The notes under the pieces are model-generated. The model was not told the DNA's origin, made no database searches, and saw only the letters and a list, made by a program, of their open reading frames with translations. From Ophelia neglecta (taxonomy: Eukaryota), in contig OZ260664.1 in NCBI GenBank assembly GCA_965285935.1, positions 50,654,001 through 50,718,000 of the forward strand: 64,000 nt of DNA, given 5' to 3'. Made by a program: the position numbers and the translations under genes. Shown here piece by piece: positions 34,311 to 45,230 of the stretch (its first letter is position 1; each line of letters opens with the position of its first letter).

Positions 34311-37300
34311 ATGTCAGTAATATTGGAAACGTCGGTAGGGGATATTACTATCGATTTGTATACTGATGAAAGACCAAGATGTAAGTTATTATTGCATGTA
34401 CACTGTAAGTCTGCCCAGTTAACACATTATCGCTCGGGTTAATGTATTAACACTGCATCCAGGTCAACAGCCCAAACCAAGGGACATCTAAATTAATTTT
34501 TTGAGTTGGGAGGTCGTGACAGAGGATTACTCGCAGTGCCTCTAGTTCCTTGCATATATAGGCGAACATTGGTTTTTATATGGGGAAAAACTTGAAATTA
34601 TCCATTGAATTTCCAAGCAAAACAGCTTCTTAGAACATTATTTCCAGGGAAAAACAACTAATAAACTGATAATATAACAGGCAAATAAACATTATAAACA
34701 TGCTGATAGCAGCAGAAAATTATACAAGAAAAACCCAGCTGCCTAGCCCTTGGCGTCTTTAGTTATTAATAAAGTTATTTGGTCGTGCCTCACAAACACA
34801 GGTACCAGTACCCTATACAGTGTATATACATGTGTATATACCGGCGAGAGATAATATCAGATATAGGCCCATGCACATATGTACCAAGTTGCCTACATAG
34901 GATAGTGTGACAAGTAACAGTGCTCACAAGGACAGAAGCCTTCTTTCCTGCTTTCCAGTCTACTCTTTTTAGTACTCTCTCCTAATATATCGCCGTATAA
35001 GCACCTAGCTTTAATACACTGCCAGGTTCATGAAAACCTCCACTGCTTCTTAGCAGCTTAGTTTTACCCCATCCGAATCACCAAAAAACATGAGATATGC
35101 TAGCTAAGCTTCATAGCTTTGGATCCAATTCTAATATCATATGGGTTGGCTCAACTTTATTGGGACCACATAACTATGGAGCAAGACATTTACTCACAGT
35201 GGTGAAAGCTGAACTTTTTCCACTAACCAAAAGGCACTATTTTTCCAGTGCGATATGAAGGTCATTCGCTACCTAGGACAAATAAACAAATCGTTTCCTC
35301 ATTGTCGATTCAGTTTACAAGAATTATGTCCAAATGAAAATAGAAGGTTTGAAATACTGTCTGCTGTGGCAATAATTGCCGGTAAGGACTAAAGGCAGCA
35401 GCCAAAGGCCAAACCTCTGTCACTTTCTTGTAAATTGCCGCTATATTCATATGGTCTGTTTATGAACACTTTCACCATGTCACCATTTACGGTGGGAATT
35501 ATGAATGATTTTTTGGAAATTCAAATAGTAATCCTAGCTATGCCCAGGGAGATCCCTGCAATACAGTAGCCCCCTTACTAGTGACTCCTCCATTTAAGGA
35601 AGGCTAGTAAAAGTATAAGAATACATAACTTATCTGGGTATCTGTCAATGTACTTACTTAGGGCATGCTCATTATTGACAAAGAGTGTGATTGTAATTGC
35701 TTAAGAGGGAGAGATGGGAGGAGTATCAAGAAATTGTACCACCCATCAAACGGAGACAGACAGCACTCCAACTTATATTATCATTTATATTATCATTTTC
35801 AGGTTGTCTTAACTTCTTGAAGCTCTGCAAAATGAAATATTACAATTTTTGTTTGTTTCACAATGTACAGGTAAGTTAGATTTTGCAAGTTTAAACATCA
35901 GTAAATTTAGCTACTCATTATATATCTCTTATTATATTAATTTAAGTCTTAACATTAACTTTTACACTTGTTGAATCAGTGATTTTTTTAATTTATAACA
36001 GTTTGTGAAGTTATGATATATGGAGCTTTTTTTATAATTTAGGTACTACATATAAAACTTAAATGTAATTCACATTTATATTATTTTATTTTAAGAGCAA
36101 TCTTGTGGCCCAAACCGGTGACCCAGCAGGCACTGGTAAAGGTGGCGAGTCTATGTTTAGGTAAATATTACTAGTATAAGCAGTTCATTCTCTTGATGTC
36201 CACCCATTTAAGTTTGTGTTAAGCTAATGCTCACAGACTGTTTTCTGTTAGATAGAATCCACCTACCTTTTGGCCCCCTACTTTTGTATGCAAAATACAT
36301 TATAAAAACAAAAAATTTGATACTAAAAACGGTGATAATTTGCAAACTGTCATATTTCTTTTCAGTAAATTGTATGGTGAACAAGCAAAATATTTTGATT
36401 GGGAGGTGAAGCCAAAAATTAAACACCAAAAACGTGGCACAGTGTCTATGGTAAATAACGGCGACAACATGCATGGATCACAGGTATGGCACATTTATAT
36501 CATAGGCCCTCATTAAACAATGCTATCATTCCATATATGAGAATTGGACAATTACCAGTTTAACAGCTGACGTTCAGGGCATCGCACCTCTGCTGGGTCT
36601 ACGCATAAACAGGCCTTGTTTTATCCAGTGTTTGAAATCAAAAAGTTTAAAGATTCACATTCTGAACAGAAACTAGTTCGGAAGTTGGGCCAGTCTAGTA
36701 AACCACTAGAGGGCCCACACTGACTATGTGAACATAATAATAAACCAAAGAGATGCTGGCGAAGCCATGTTACTTGGCCACCTTTCACCCTATATCGATT
36801 CCAACAAAATACATTTAAAATACTGATAACTAAGTAATATGAATGATTTCTTTTCATTATTTAGTTCTTTATCACTCTTGGTGAAGACATAGATTACCTG
36901 AATAATGTCCACACTGTGTTTGGAGAAGTCGCTGAAGGCTTTGAAACCCTGGACAAACTCAATGAAGCCTATGTTGATAAAGATGGAATGCCTTATAAGG
37001 ATATCAGGTATGTTGCTTTAATAGCCTCCTGTTGCACATATCTTTTGTTATCACACTTTAACTAAAGTCAGGCATCTTCAACCATTTATAAATTCAAGGT
37101 ACATGAGAGAATATTTATTGTAGAACCCTTAATTTTTTCAAGCCCTTTAGTTCCAAACAATGGTCAAAACTGCTACACATGAGGGCTCTGGATAGGTTAT
37201 TATAGGAAGCTCAAAAAGGCAAAAAGGAAAGGACAGCAAAATAAGTTGGACGTCAAAACCGCAATTATAAAGGGCCTTGAAATATAAGGGTTCTGCAGTG

Positions 37301-40300
37301 ATATTTAAATTCTGTCTAAATATTTTACAAGTTATTGTTTATGTTTTTATAGAATATTTCACACTGTGGTTTTGGATGACCCGTATGATGACCCTGAGGG
37401 ACTTGGCGCCCACATCCCTGACCGTTCTCCGGAGCCTACACAGGAACAACTGGATGTTAGTATCTATAACAACAACTGGTGGGGACTGGTCCAAATTCAC
37501 CCTGCTACACAACTGACAATAGTGTGCCCTTCCTTACCTCCCAGTAAACTTAATTAACTATTTTCTCAAAATTGATTGCACATATATTTTTCTTTTAATG
37601 TTTTACAGACAGGTCGAATTGGTGTCAATGAAGAAATTGATAAAACCAAAGGAAAATCAGCTGAAGAGATTCAAGAAATGATGGCCCAAAAAGAAGAGAG
37701 AGCAAATGCTCAAATATTAACAATGGTATGTCCATGGTACATGTAATCAGGTTCATTGATAAGATACATGTCAACATTCAGGTATATAATGTGTATAATA
37801 TAGCTGGTCTCTTATATACCACATGGATTGTTGAACCACCCAATTCTAGATTCATATACATCTGATTCAGTATTTGGTGTCAAATGGGAGGCAGCAGCTG
37901 AATGTCCTGATATGGATCAGTAATTAAGTTTATGCCCCCAATAATATCTGTCAAACACATCACCTTGTAAATTATAAACTTGAACCTTTGAAACTAACGT
38001 ACGACTGCATGACTGAAACCCATGAAACTGGACCAAGTCTTGTGAAATAGCAAATCACAACGACCACTTCTGCTTGCTCAGTCACACTCATATCTACTGG
38101 TCATCTAGACTACATACCAATGGCTATACCACTGAAATTCACCATGTGGTTTTATTGATATTAATATTCAAAGCAAAGTCTTAAACATTGTTGAGTGCAA
38201 GTGTTAATCTTGCGGTTGTTGTAGATTGGGGACCTGCCAGCTGAAGATGTAGCCGCCCCAGACAATGTGCTCTTTGTCTGTAAACTAAATCCTGTGACTA
38301 CAGAAGAAGACTTGGAAATCATCTTCTCCAGATTTGGGGCCATAAAAAGGTATTGATTCAATGTATATATGAGAATGGCTTTAAAACTGATGAAAAGTTT
38401 TAAATGATAATTTTATATATTGTAGTGCTCATTTAGGCATGCATTATTGTCAATGAAGTGTAAAATTCGTTGCAGGTGGGAGTTCCATATGGTTACTCAG
38501 CCTTTTATATACAAACCTCTACGATGTGAAGACTATTTGTTCTTTATGATATTAAAAATGGAAAGAAATGCATAATTAGCTAAGTGAATACCACTCAAAC
38601 ATTGTAAGAAAAAGTCTAACTGAAAATTTTAGCTGATAACATGAGACAAGTATTACCCACCATGTCTTGACCTACATGATACAAGTATTTTCTTCCAAGA
38701 CTTGATATACATAATACAACCTGAAGACAAAATGGTCGCCAGGAAGGTAAGGGATATAATAAAGTGCCAGTTACAGGTTTTAAAGGGGAGGGGCAAGGCA
38801 TTTAGGAAAATATACATTATGATTGTACAATAAAGAGTTCTTGAAGATAACTAAAGTTATTGTTGTTTCCATAGTTGTGAGGTGATCAAAGACCAGAAGT
38901 CAGGAGAATCTTTACAATATGCTTTCATTGAGTTTGAAACTGTGAGTTATTTTAATAGTTAATAACTACTCTTGCAAAGTTACTGTTGACATTAAATTTA
39001 GTGCAACTTTTAATTATTATGGCTATTTAAGGGCTGGGGGGGGGGAGGTCAGGTCTAAAATTAGTAATCAGTTTTTTAAAGGTCAATGTCAGTTACCCAT
39101 GCCTATTATCATAGATGCTATGTTAATTACCCTTTAACAACTGGTATAACTATTACCCTTTAATAACTGGTATAACTATTACCCTTTAATAACTGGTATA
39201 ACTATTACCCTTTAATAACTGGTATAACTATTACCCTTTAATAACTGGTATAACTATTACCCTTTCATAACTGGTATACCAATTACTCTTACCTGGTATA
39301 CCCATTACCCTTAAACCTTATCCCTCAATGCCTTTAACACTAATATCATGTTGGTTTCAGCCAAAGGAGTGTGAGAATGCCTATTTTAAAATGGACAATG
39401 TTCTTATTGACGACAGACGAATACATGTTGACTTCAGTCAGTCAGTCTCAAAACTCAAATGGAAAGGAAAAGGTAAACTCTATCACACTGTCACAAATAA
39501 CCAACTCCTCTGAATCTCAACAACGTTATAAGTAAGTCAACAGATATGTGAGATAAATGGATCCTCTTCTTGTTAAGATCAAGTCCTAACCAAACAAACT
39601 ACAACAGTTTAATTAGCTAGGAACATTCTACGCTTCCTTGCTGTGAAAACATATATGTAGTCAAAATGGCTAAACTGAGTCAAACAAGTGCTGATATGTA
39701 TGGTGATATATGCTGATTTATAGCTGTACATGTGAGTATGCTAGCTTTGCTCCTCAACTAACATTGCTAGATAGACCCCATTTAGCCACAGTTGAAAGGC
39801 ATAATTGAAGTGGCTGATATTTTCTCTGGCACAGGTAAAGGAATTGAACATCAGAAAAAAGAAGAACCAGATGATGAGAGGCCAACCTATGCCATAAAAG
39901 ACAGGTCCAGGAAAGAGTATCCTTTTAACCATACTCAGTGTGGATATACATGTACCCGTACTTACTTTACCTAAAAAACTTAAATGTATTGATATCTAGA
40001 CAGAAAAAACTGGGGAATGTGTAACCAAGCAATTTTAACAGAGCCATTTTCAAAGAAAATGTCTGAGCATGTCTGAATTTGAATAGGACAAAGATGGTTT
40101 TGCAAGTTCCATGTAGTGTTCCTTGGTGTATTCAGCTTTAATAAGTTCATATTTCGGTGTGTATGGATTTGTATTTTCCTAGTCACAAGATACAAAGTAC
40201 TGTTGCAGTATGGTGGCGTTAGTAACTGATGGTGTCCAAAATAAGACATAGATCTAGTTCTTTTATTATGAACTTGATGAGGCATAACCCTCATTGATCA

Positions 40301-41483
40301 CTCCACAACTATATGTATTTCCATAACATTCCATCGATTGGTTAAACATAGATTAGGGTTATATGTTTAGGATGCAGTCCATACTTTTAGCAAATTTAAG
40401 ATGGCGTGCCTTTAACTTGATCACATCCACTGGCACAAAGAGAGCATAGCCACTGCTAGCACTAGTTCTTCAAATATTCAAGTACACATGGGTAAATAAT
40501 TGACGATTAGTGCAGTTTTAAAGTATGGTATGAACATTTATATAGCCATCATTATTGATAGTGACTTTAGAGCTCTTTGGTGGTCAAACTGTTCAGTGGG
40601 GCGAGATAATAGGAATCCAAATGGAAGGAGTCTAGTAGTGACTGTGACTTTGATAGTTAGCTGCAAGCAAAATCAAAAGGGTGCTATAAGACTATGTTAG
40701 TTTATTTGCTTCAGTGTATATGAACAACATGTCATTTTTAATAATGGTGATAAGATATTTTTCCTTAAATCAAAATAGTAATTATGATTTTGTTTTTGAC
40801 GAAGATGAGAGTAAGGGTAACAGCAATAAAAAGCACAAGAAAAAGAAACACAAACACAAACATAACAGAAGTGATTCAGATGAAAAATACAGCAGCAAAC
40901 AGGTGGGTTTTATTTAAGTCAATACTTAACACACAGCATGTAATCCTTTTTAACAATAAATATTATCATATAATCCTTTAATCAATTATCAGGTGTAAGG
41001 TAGTCCTTTTATCATTTAGGAAACTAGAGTCCATAGAGTTTAGAACTATATTGCATTAAGAGTCTATAGAAAAAAAGTACATTGTTCTCCTACTCCTACT
41101 GTGATACCACTATACTAAAATTGCATTATAACTTGGGGACTAAAATTGCATTATAACTTGGGGCTTTTCACAGAGTTGCCCCATTTATCGCTGCTACAAA
41201 ATACCTTTTTTTTTCAGTAAATTCTACAGTTGATGAGTAACCATATAATAAATTATTCCAATATTGCTTTCAGTCGTCCAGAGACAGAAGATCGAGATCT
41301 AGAAGTCCTAGACAAAGTATCAGCAAAGTCAAAGAAAGGGAACATAATAAATCTGAAAAGAGATCCCGAGAAAGCAAGAGTAATTCTCAGCGGGATCCCA
41401 GAGATAGGAGTAGAGGCGATAGCCGGGATAGATATTATAACAGAGATCAAAAGCAGGACAGATACCAAAGTAGTCGCAGATAA
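34311..41483 (+). CDS. PPIL4: Peptidyl-prolyl cis-trans isomerase-like 4 (cyclophilin + RRM + K/R/S/D-rich tail); 13 exons, 467 aa
   Basis: Exons are 34311-34380, 35803-35870, 36096-36160, 36366-36483, 36865-37007, 37353-37455, 37609-37725, 38225-38349, 38875-38941, 39361-39472, 39835-39916, 40779-40902 and 41274-41483 (total 1404 nt, phases consistent). Motifs: [82 protein letters not shown] and an RS-rich end. Confidence 0.95.
39126..39312. repeat. 26-bp minisatellite, about 7 copies, in PPIL4 intron 9
   Basis: Unit AACTGGTATAACTATTACCCTTTAAT. Confidence 0.9.
39917..40778 (+). other. U12-type (minor spliceosome) GT-AG intron, PPIL4 intron 11
   Basis: Donor GTATCCTTTT. The branch-site-like TTCCTTAAAT at 40761-40770 lies just before the AG with no polypyrimidine tract. 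Splicing gives in-frame GA|T AAT TAT GAT (D-N-Y-D). Confidence 0.85.
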
Positions 41484-42299
41484 GTTTAATATAAAAAATA
41501 CTAGCTTCCATCTTGGATCTGTTGCAAAAAGCCCTATATGTTCATGTAAATATTACTGTTGTATAAACTTACACATACTAGAGACGCTAAATGAAATAAA
41601 TACATGAACAAACATCTTAGTGTTTATTCTGATCATGGATAGCGTTTATAAATACATATCTATAGCTGAATTGCTTTAAACTTATTACTTTGTGTGATGT
41701 AAGCAATGTAGTTTATCAATGCCAGAAACTTGCATATTGAAATACCTCTTCATTTTGATAATATTAATATGCAGTAATAAAGTTAAATGAAATGACATTG
41801 TTTGTGTTTCTTCTAACAATATCCAGAAAAGACGTGGCTATGCATCTTTTCCTCTGTTTGATAAAAAGCTTTCATTGGATCAATTGTACCTGATGGGCAC
41901 ATGTATAGTATTAAAAACTTGTAGGAAGCCCTGTACCAGGAATCTATGAAATAACCTTGTAATTTTTACTAACAGTGAGAGAAAACACTCTACCAAATGC
42001 ATTAAGAAATATAACCCTCTCAGATGGTCAATTAAAGGTTTGCAAGAAGTTGGTAGCCAAGGCAATGTGCTGATCCACTGCAGGGTTGTTAAAAGTAAAG
42101 TTTCTACCCGTAAACCTGGTATAAATAAAGTAGTATACCTGCAATCATGGCTACTGCTCCAAATATTCAATGAAGGTGGTTGTGCGGCAGGTGTTGCCAT
42201 CTGTCGAATAACCGTGTAAATTGTGGTATGTACTTAATTGTAGTTTAGTACGTACCGTAAATTCTTTATTGTAGTAGTATCATTTGGATTGTTCCAACG

Positions 42300-42939
42300 C
42301 GGTTCGTCCAAATACCGCACCTGGTCTCACCTGACCGCACCTAACCAAAGTATTTACAGCACCTCGCCAGATTATTTAATACTGAACTCGATAAAAGTCC
42401 ACCTCCACCTAATAATTAGCAAACAAACAAATTCTGGTTGTACGATTACCCATACCGCCACTGGTTTACGACATGCATGGATCCATTACGCGAATACAAG
42501 TGGTCAAAGGCACTAGATGTTAAGGACACTTGTTTCTGTCTACAGTGTACAGACTAATAAACTTAATACCATTAATTATATATAGTAAAATGATGGGCTT
42601 AAATATATACTGTTGGCAATAACAAATGTTATTGTACATGCATGGTAGTACACAGGGGCTTGTGTCAACATACCTAGGCTTTGACACAAGCCCCTGTGTG
42701 GTAGTATGGTCTGGAGTGCTAGTGCCTGCTCGTGTCTGTGCCTACTAGTAGAGGGGTAATAGTGATATTCGTACCACCACACTTTGCTTGGATCTTTAAC
42801 AGTTTAACTCTATCAGGCGTTTGATATTGGATATATTGGCCAGGTGTGGTAAATATTTTGGTCAGGTGAGGCCAGTCGCTGACAGATGAGGTCAGGTGCG
42901 GTAAGGTGAGGCTAGGTGCGGTATTTGGACTATTAAACC
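42300..42939. mobile_element. Mutator-like (MULE) non-autonomous element immediately upstream of SAP18
   Basis: Long imperfect TIRs (GTCCAAATACCGCACCTGGTCTCACCTGACCGCACCT... and ...AGGTGCGGTAAGGTGAGGCTAGGTGCGGTATTTGGAC). A 10-bp direct repeat TGTTCCAACG lies at 42290-42299 and 42940-42949. Confidence 0.75.
42651..42698. mobile_element. 48-bp micro-MITE nested in the MULE-like element
   Basis: Perfect 18-bp TIR CACAGGGGCTTGTGTCAA around a 12-bp spacer, with an 8-bp TSD TGGTAGTA at 42643-42650 and 42699-42706. Confidence 0.8.
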
Positions 42940-42974
42940 TGTTCCAACGGAAGTTGATATAGAAGAGCGTGAAA

Positions 42975-45230
42975 ATGGAGTCAGTCGTGGAAGACAACAG
43001 AACCCCCGAAACACCAATTGACAGGGAAAAGGTGCCTTTTATTCCGCAATAGCTTTGTCTAAAAGCAACATTAGCTGTTCAACAAAGTGTTCCATCGCAT
43101 TAACCATAATTTGTTTTCTTACTTATTAGTTTCATATATAACAGATATAAAGCCTAGGCTATACAGGCTATGTACACTGCAGCTGTGCATGTGTGACGAT
43201 CGCCTGTAGATAGTTGCATGGGTGGAGGCCATGGGCCAAAGGTGCAAATTAACAATTACTATTGGTCCTTCATACGCCATATGGTCGGACATTTTCGGAC
43301 TGGCCGAAGGAATATAAGGGTTTAAATTGGTCTGCTAAAAGCACATTTTCCATTTGAGTCTGGATAGCGGCAGGGATCGCAGGTTTTGGACACCTATCGG
43401 TAAAAACCGGTTTAAACCATGGTTTAAACCGTCCTGTCCAAAACAGGTTTTGGACATCCAAAGTGTCCAAAACTGTCCAAAACCTAGGAATCTAAAAAAT
43501 TTATTGGTGAACTATATATTTACAAAAAAATAAGAATAATAATGATAAAACACTTAATTCAATTAAACACATTTTAATAAACATTTCATTATACACGAGT
43601 ATCAGGTATCAATCATTAGTTATCACACCTGGCTGCTATTAGTTATCACAGGCTGGCCAGTTAGCATGTTATGACAATAAATAAGTTGGCTAATTCATTC
43701 CCATATTGGTGTTTACTTGCTTGACTAAATGAGTCATTACAGAATTCAGGGAGATCAGGGAGACTGACTTTCCCAATCATGGTGTTGACCAGACTGTTTA
43801 TTCAAGAACATGCTATTCACAATGCAGTCCTGTAAGCCTTGATATGTTTGTTTTGTTGGCTATGAGTCTGTTACCCAATCCATCTAGAAGACTTCACAAT
43901 TGCATTAATCAATGAGACCCCACTTTCCACCTTTCCACCATGATTTCAATAATGATTGAAATCATGATTGAAATCATGCCGGCCCTGTGAATAACAAATG
44001 ATATTACCTCAGAAAACTTGTGAATTGTTTGGATAGGTGTGAAGAGCTTCAAAGGGATTAATAAATACCCCTGTCTTTTAAGTATGAAGAATGCATTATT
44101 AGTGATATCACCTCAGAAAACTAGTACATGTACTTGTATTAAATGTGTAGTGTTGTTTTGGACAGTTTTGGACGTTTCGGACAGCCCAAAACTGTCCAAA
44201 ACCTAGTTTTGGACGTTTTGGACGTCCAAAATGTCCAAAACAGGTTTTGGACGTCCAAAACCGAACCCTGGATAGCGGATATAGGGATGTTTAGGTGTAT
44301 TTAAAAGGGGCAACCACGGTAAATCAAGGGCAACCAAGGGCAACCACGGCTAAACCACTGGATATTAACCCAAAACAGCAAGGTTTTAGGGTGAAATGCT
44401 TCAGGATTGTTCAGGAAGTTATTTTTGAATAACTTGCTGAGCAATCGGGCCATTTAGTAGCAAAAAATCGAGCTAACTTGTTCTCCGTTGTTTACCGTTG
44501 ATCGCGGCCATAACACCTAAACACTGGAGAACGGGCGAACAAGTTAGCTCTTTTTTTTGCAACTAAATGACCAGCAAGTTATTCAAAAGTAACTTTAGCT
44601 ATTGCCCGGGGTTGCCCTTTTAAATACACCGGGGATGTTAAGCTTCGCAGTTTGTAGCGCGATATTTGGAAAAAATCACTACAATTTCAACATTCCCACT
44701 TTGCAGCTATCTAATCAATATCTTCATTTTAGACTTGTCCCCTTCTGCTCAGAGTGTTCTGCAGCACAGGGCGTCATCATCCCCTTAATGATTATGCCAG
44801 AGGCAACACACCAGCTAACGAACTGCAGATATACACTTGGCAAGTATTAATTATATGTAATGGATAAATGATTATTTAATTCAACGAGTATTGATTCCGT
44901 TCCTAATGATAATAAAAGGCATGATTTTTTTTTATTGACAGGCCTGATGCATCTCTAAAGGAGCTAACCAGTCTTGTGAAGGAGGTCAATGGTGACGCCA
45001 GAAAAAAGGGAACCTTTTTTGATTTTGCTGTGGTCTTTCCAGACTCACGCTCACCCACCTACAGGATGCGTGAAATTGGATCGACCTGTGCTGGACGAAA
45101 GGGAGCTGATGACGCCATGACTTTAGCCACCAAACGATTTCAGACTGGAGACTATTTGGACATAGCGATCACCCCTCCTCGTTTAGGAGGGGCCGGTCCC
45201 CCGAACCGGAATAGACCAAGGCCATACTAG
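42975..45230 (+). CDS. SAP18: Sin3-associated protein 18 (ASAP/PSAP and Sin3-HDAC subunit); 3 exons, 150 aa
   Basis: Exons are 42975-43031, 44733-44839 and 44942-45230 (57+107+289=453 nt). The protein reads PIDREK|TCPLLLRVF...ELQIYTW PDASLKELTSLVKEV...FQTGDYLDIAITPP...RPY*. Intron 2 needs a GC donor. Confidence 0.95.
43371..44270. mobile_element. hAT-like MITE, 900 bp, in SAP18 intron 1
   Basis: Ends CAGGGATCG...CGAACCCTG with an exact 8-bp TSD GATAGCGG (43363-43370 and 44271-44278). Both ends carry clusters of TTTTGGAC/GTCCAAAA subterminal motifs. Confidence 0.88.
44292..44631. mobile_element. Fold-back MITE in SAP18 intron 1
   Basis: TIR GGTGTATTTAAAAGGG(G)CAACC plus long internal inverted arms (about 44416-44490 vs 44530-44594). 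The 8-bp repeat GGGATGTT flanks it at 44284-44291 and 44632-44639. Confidence 0.7.
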
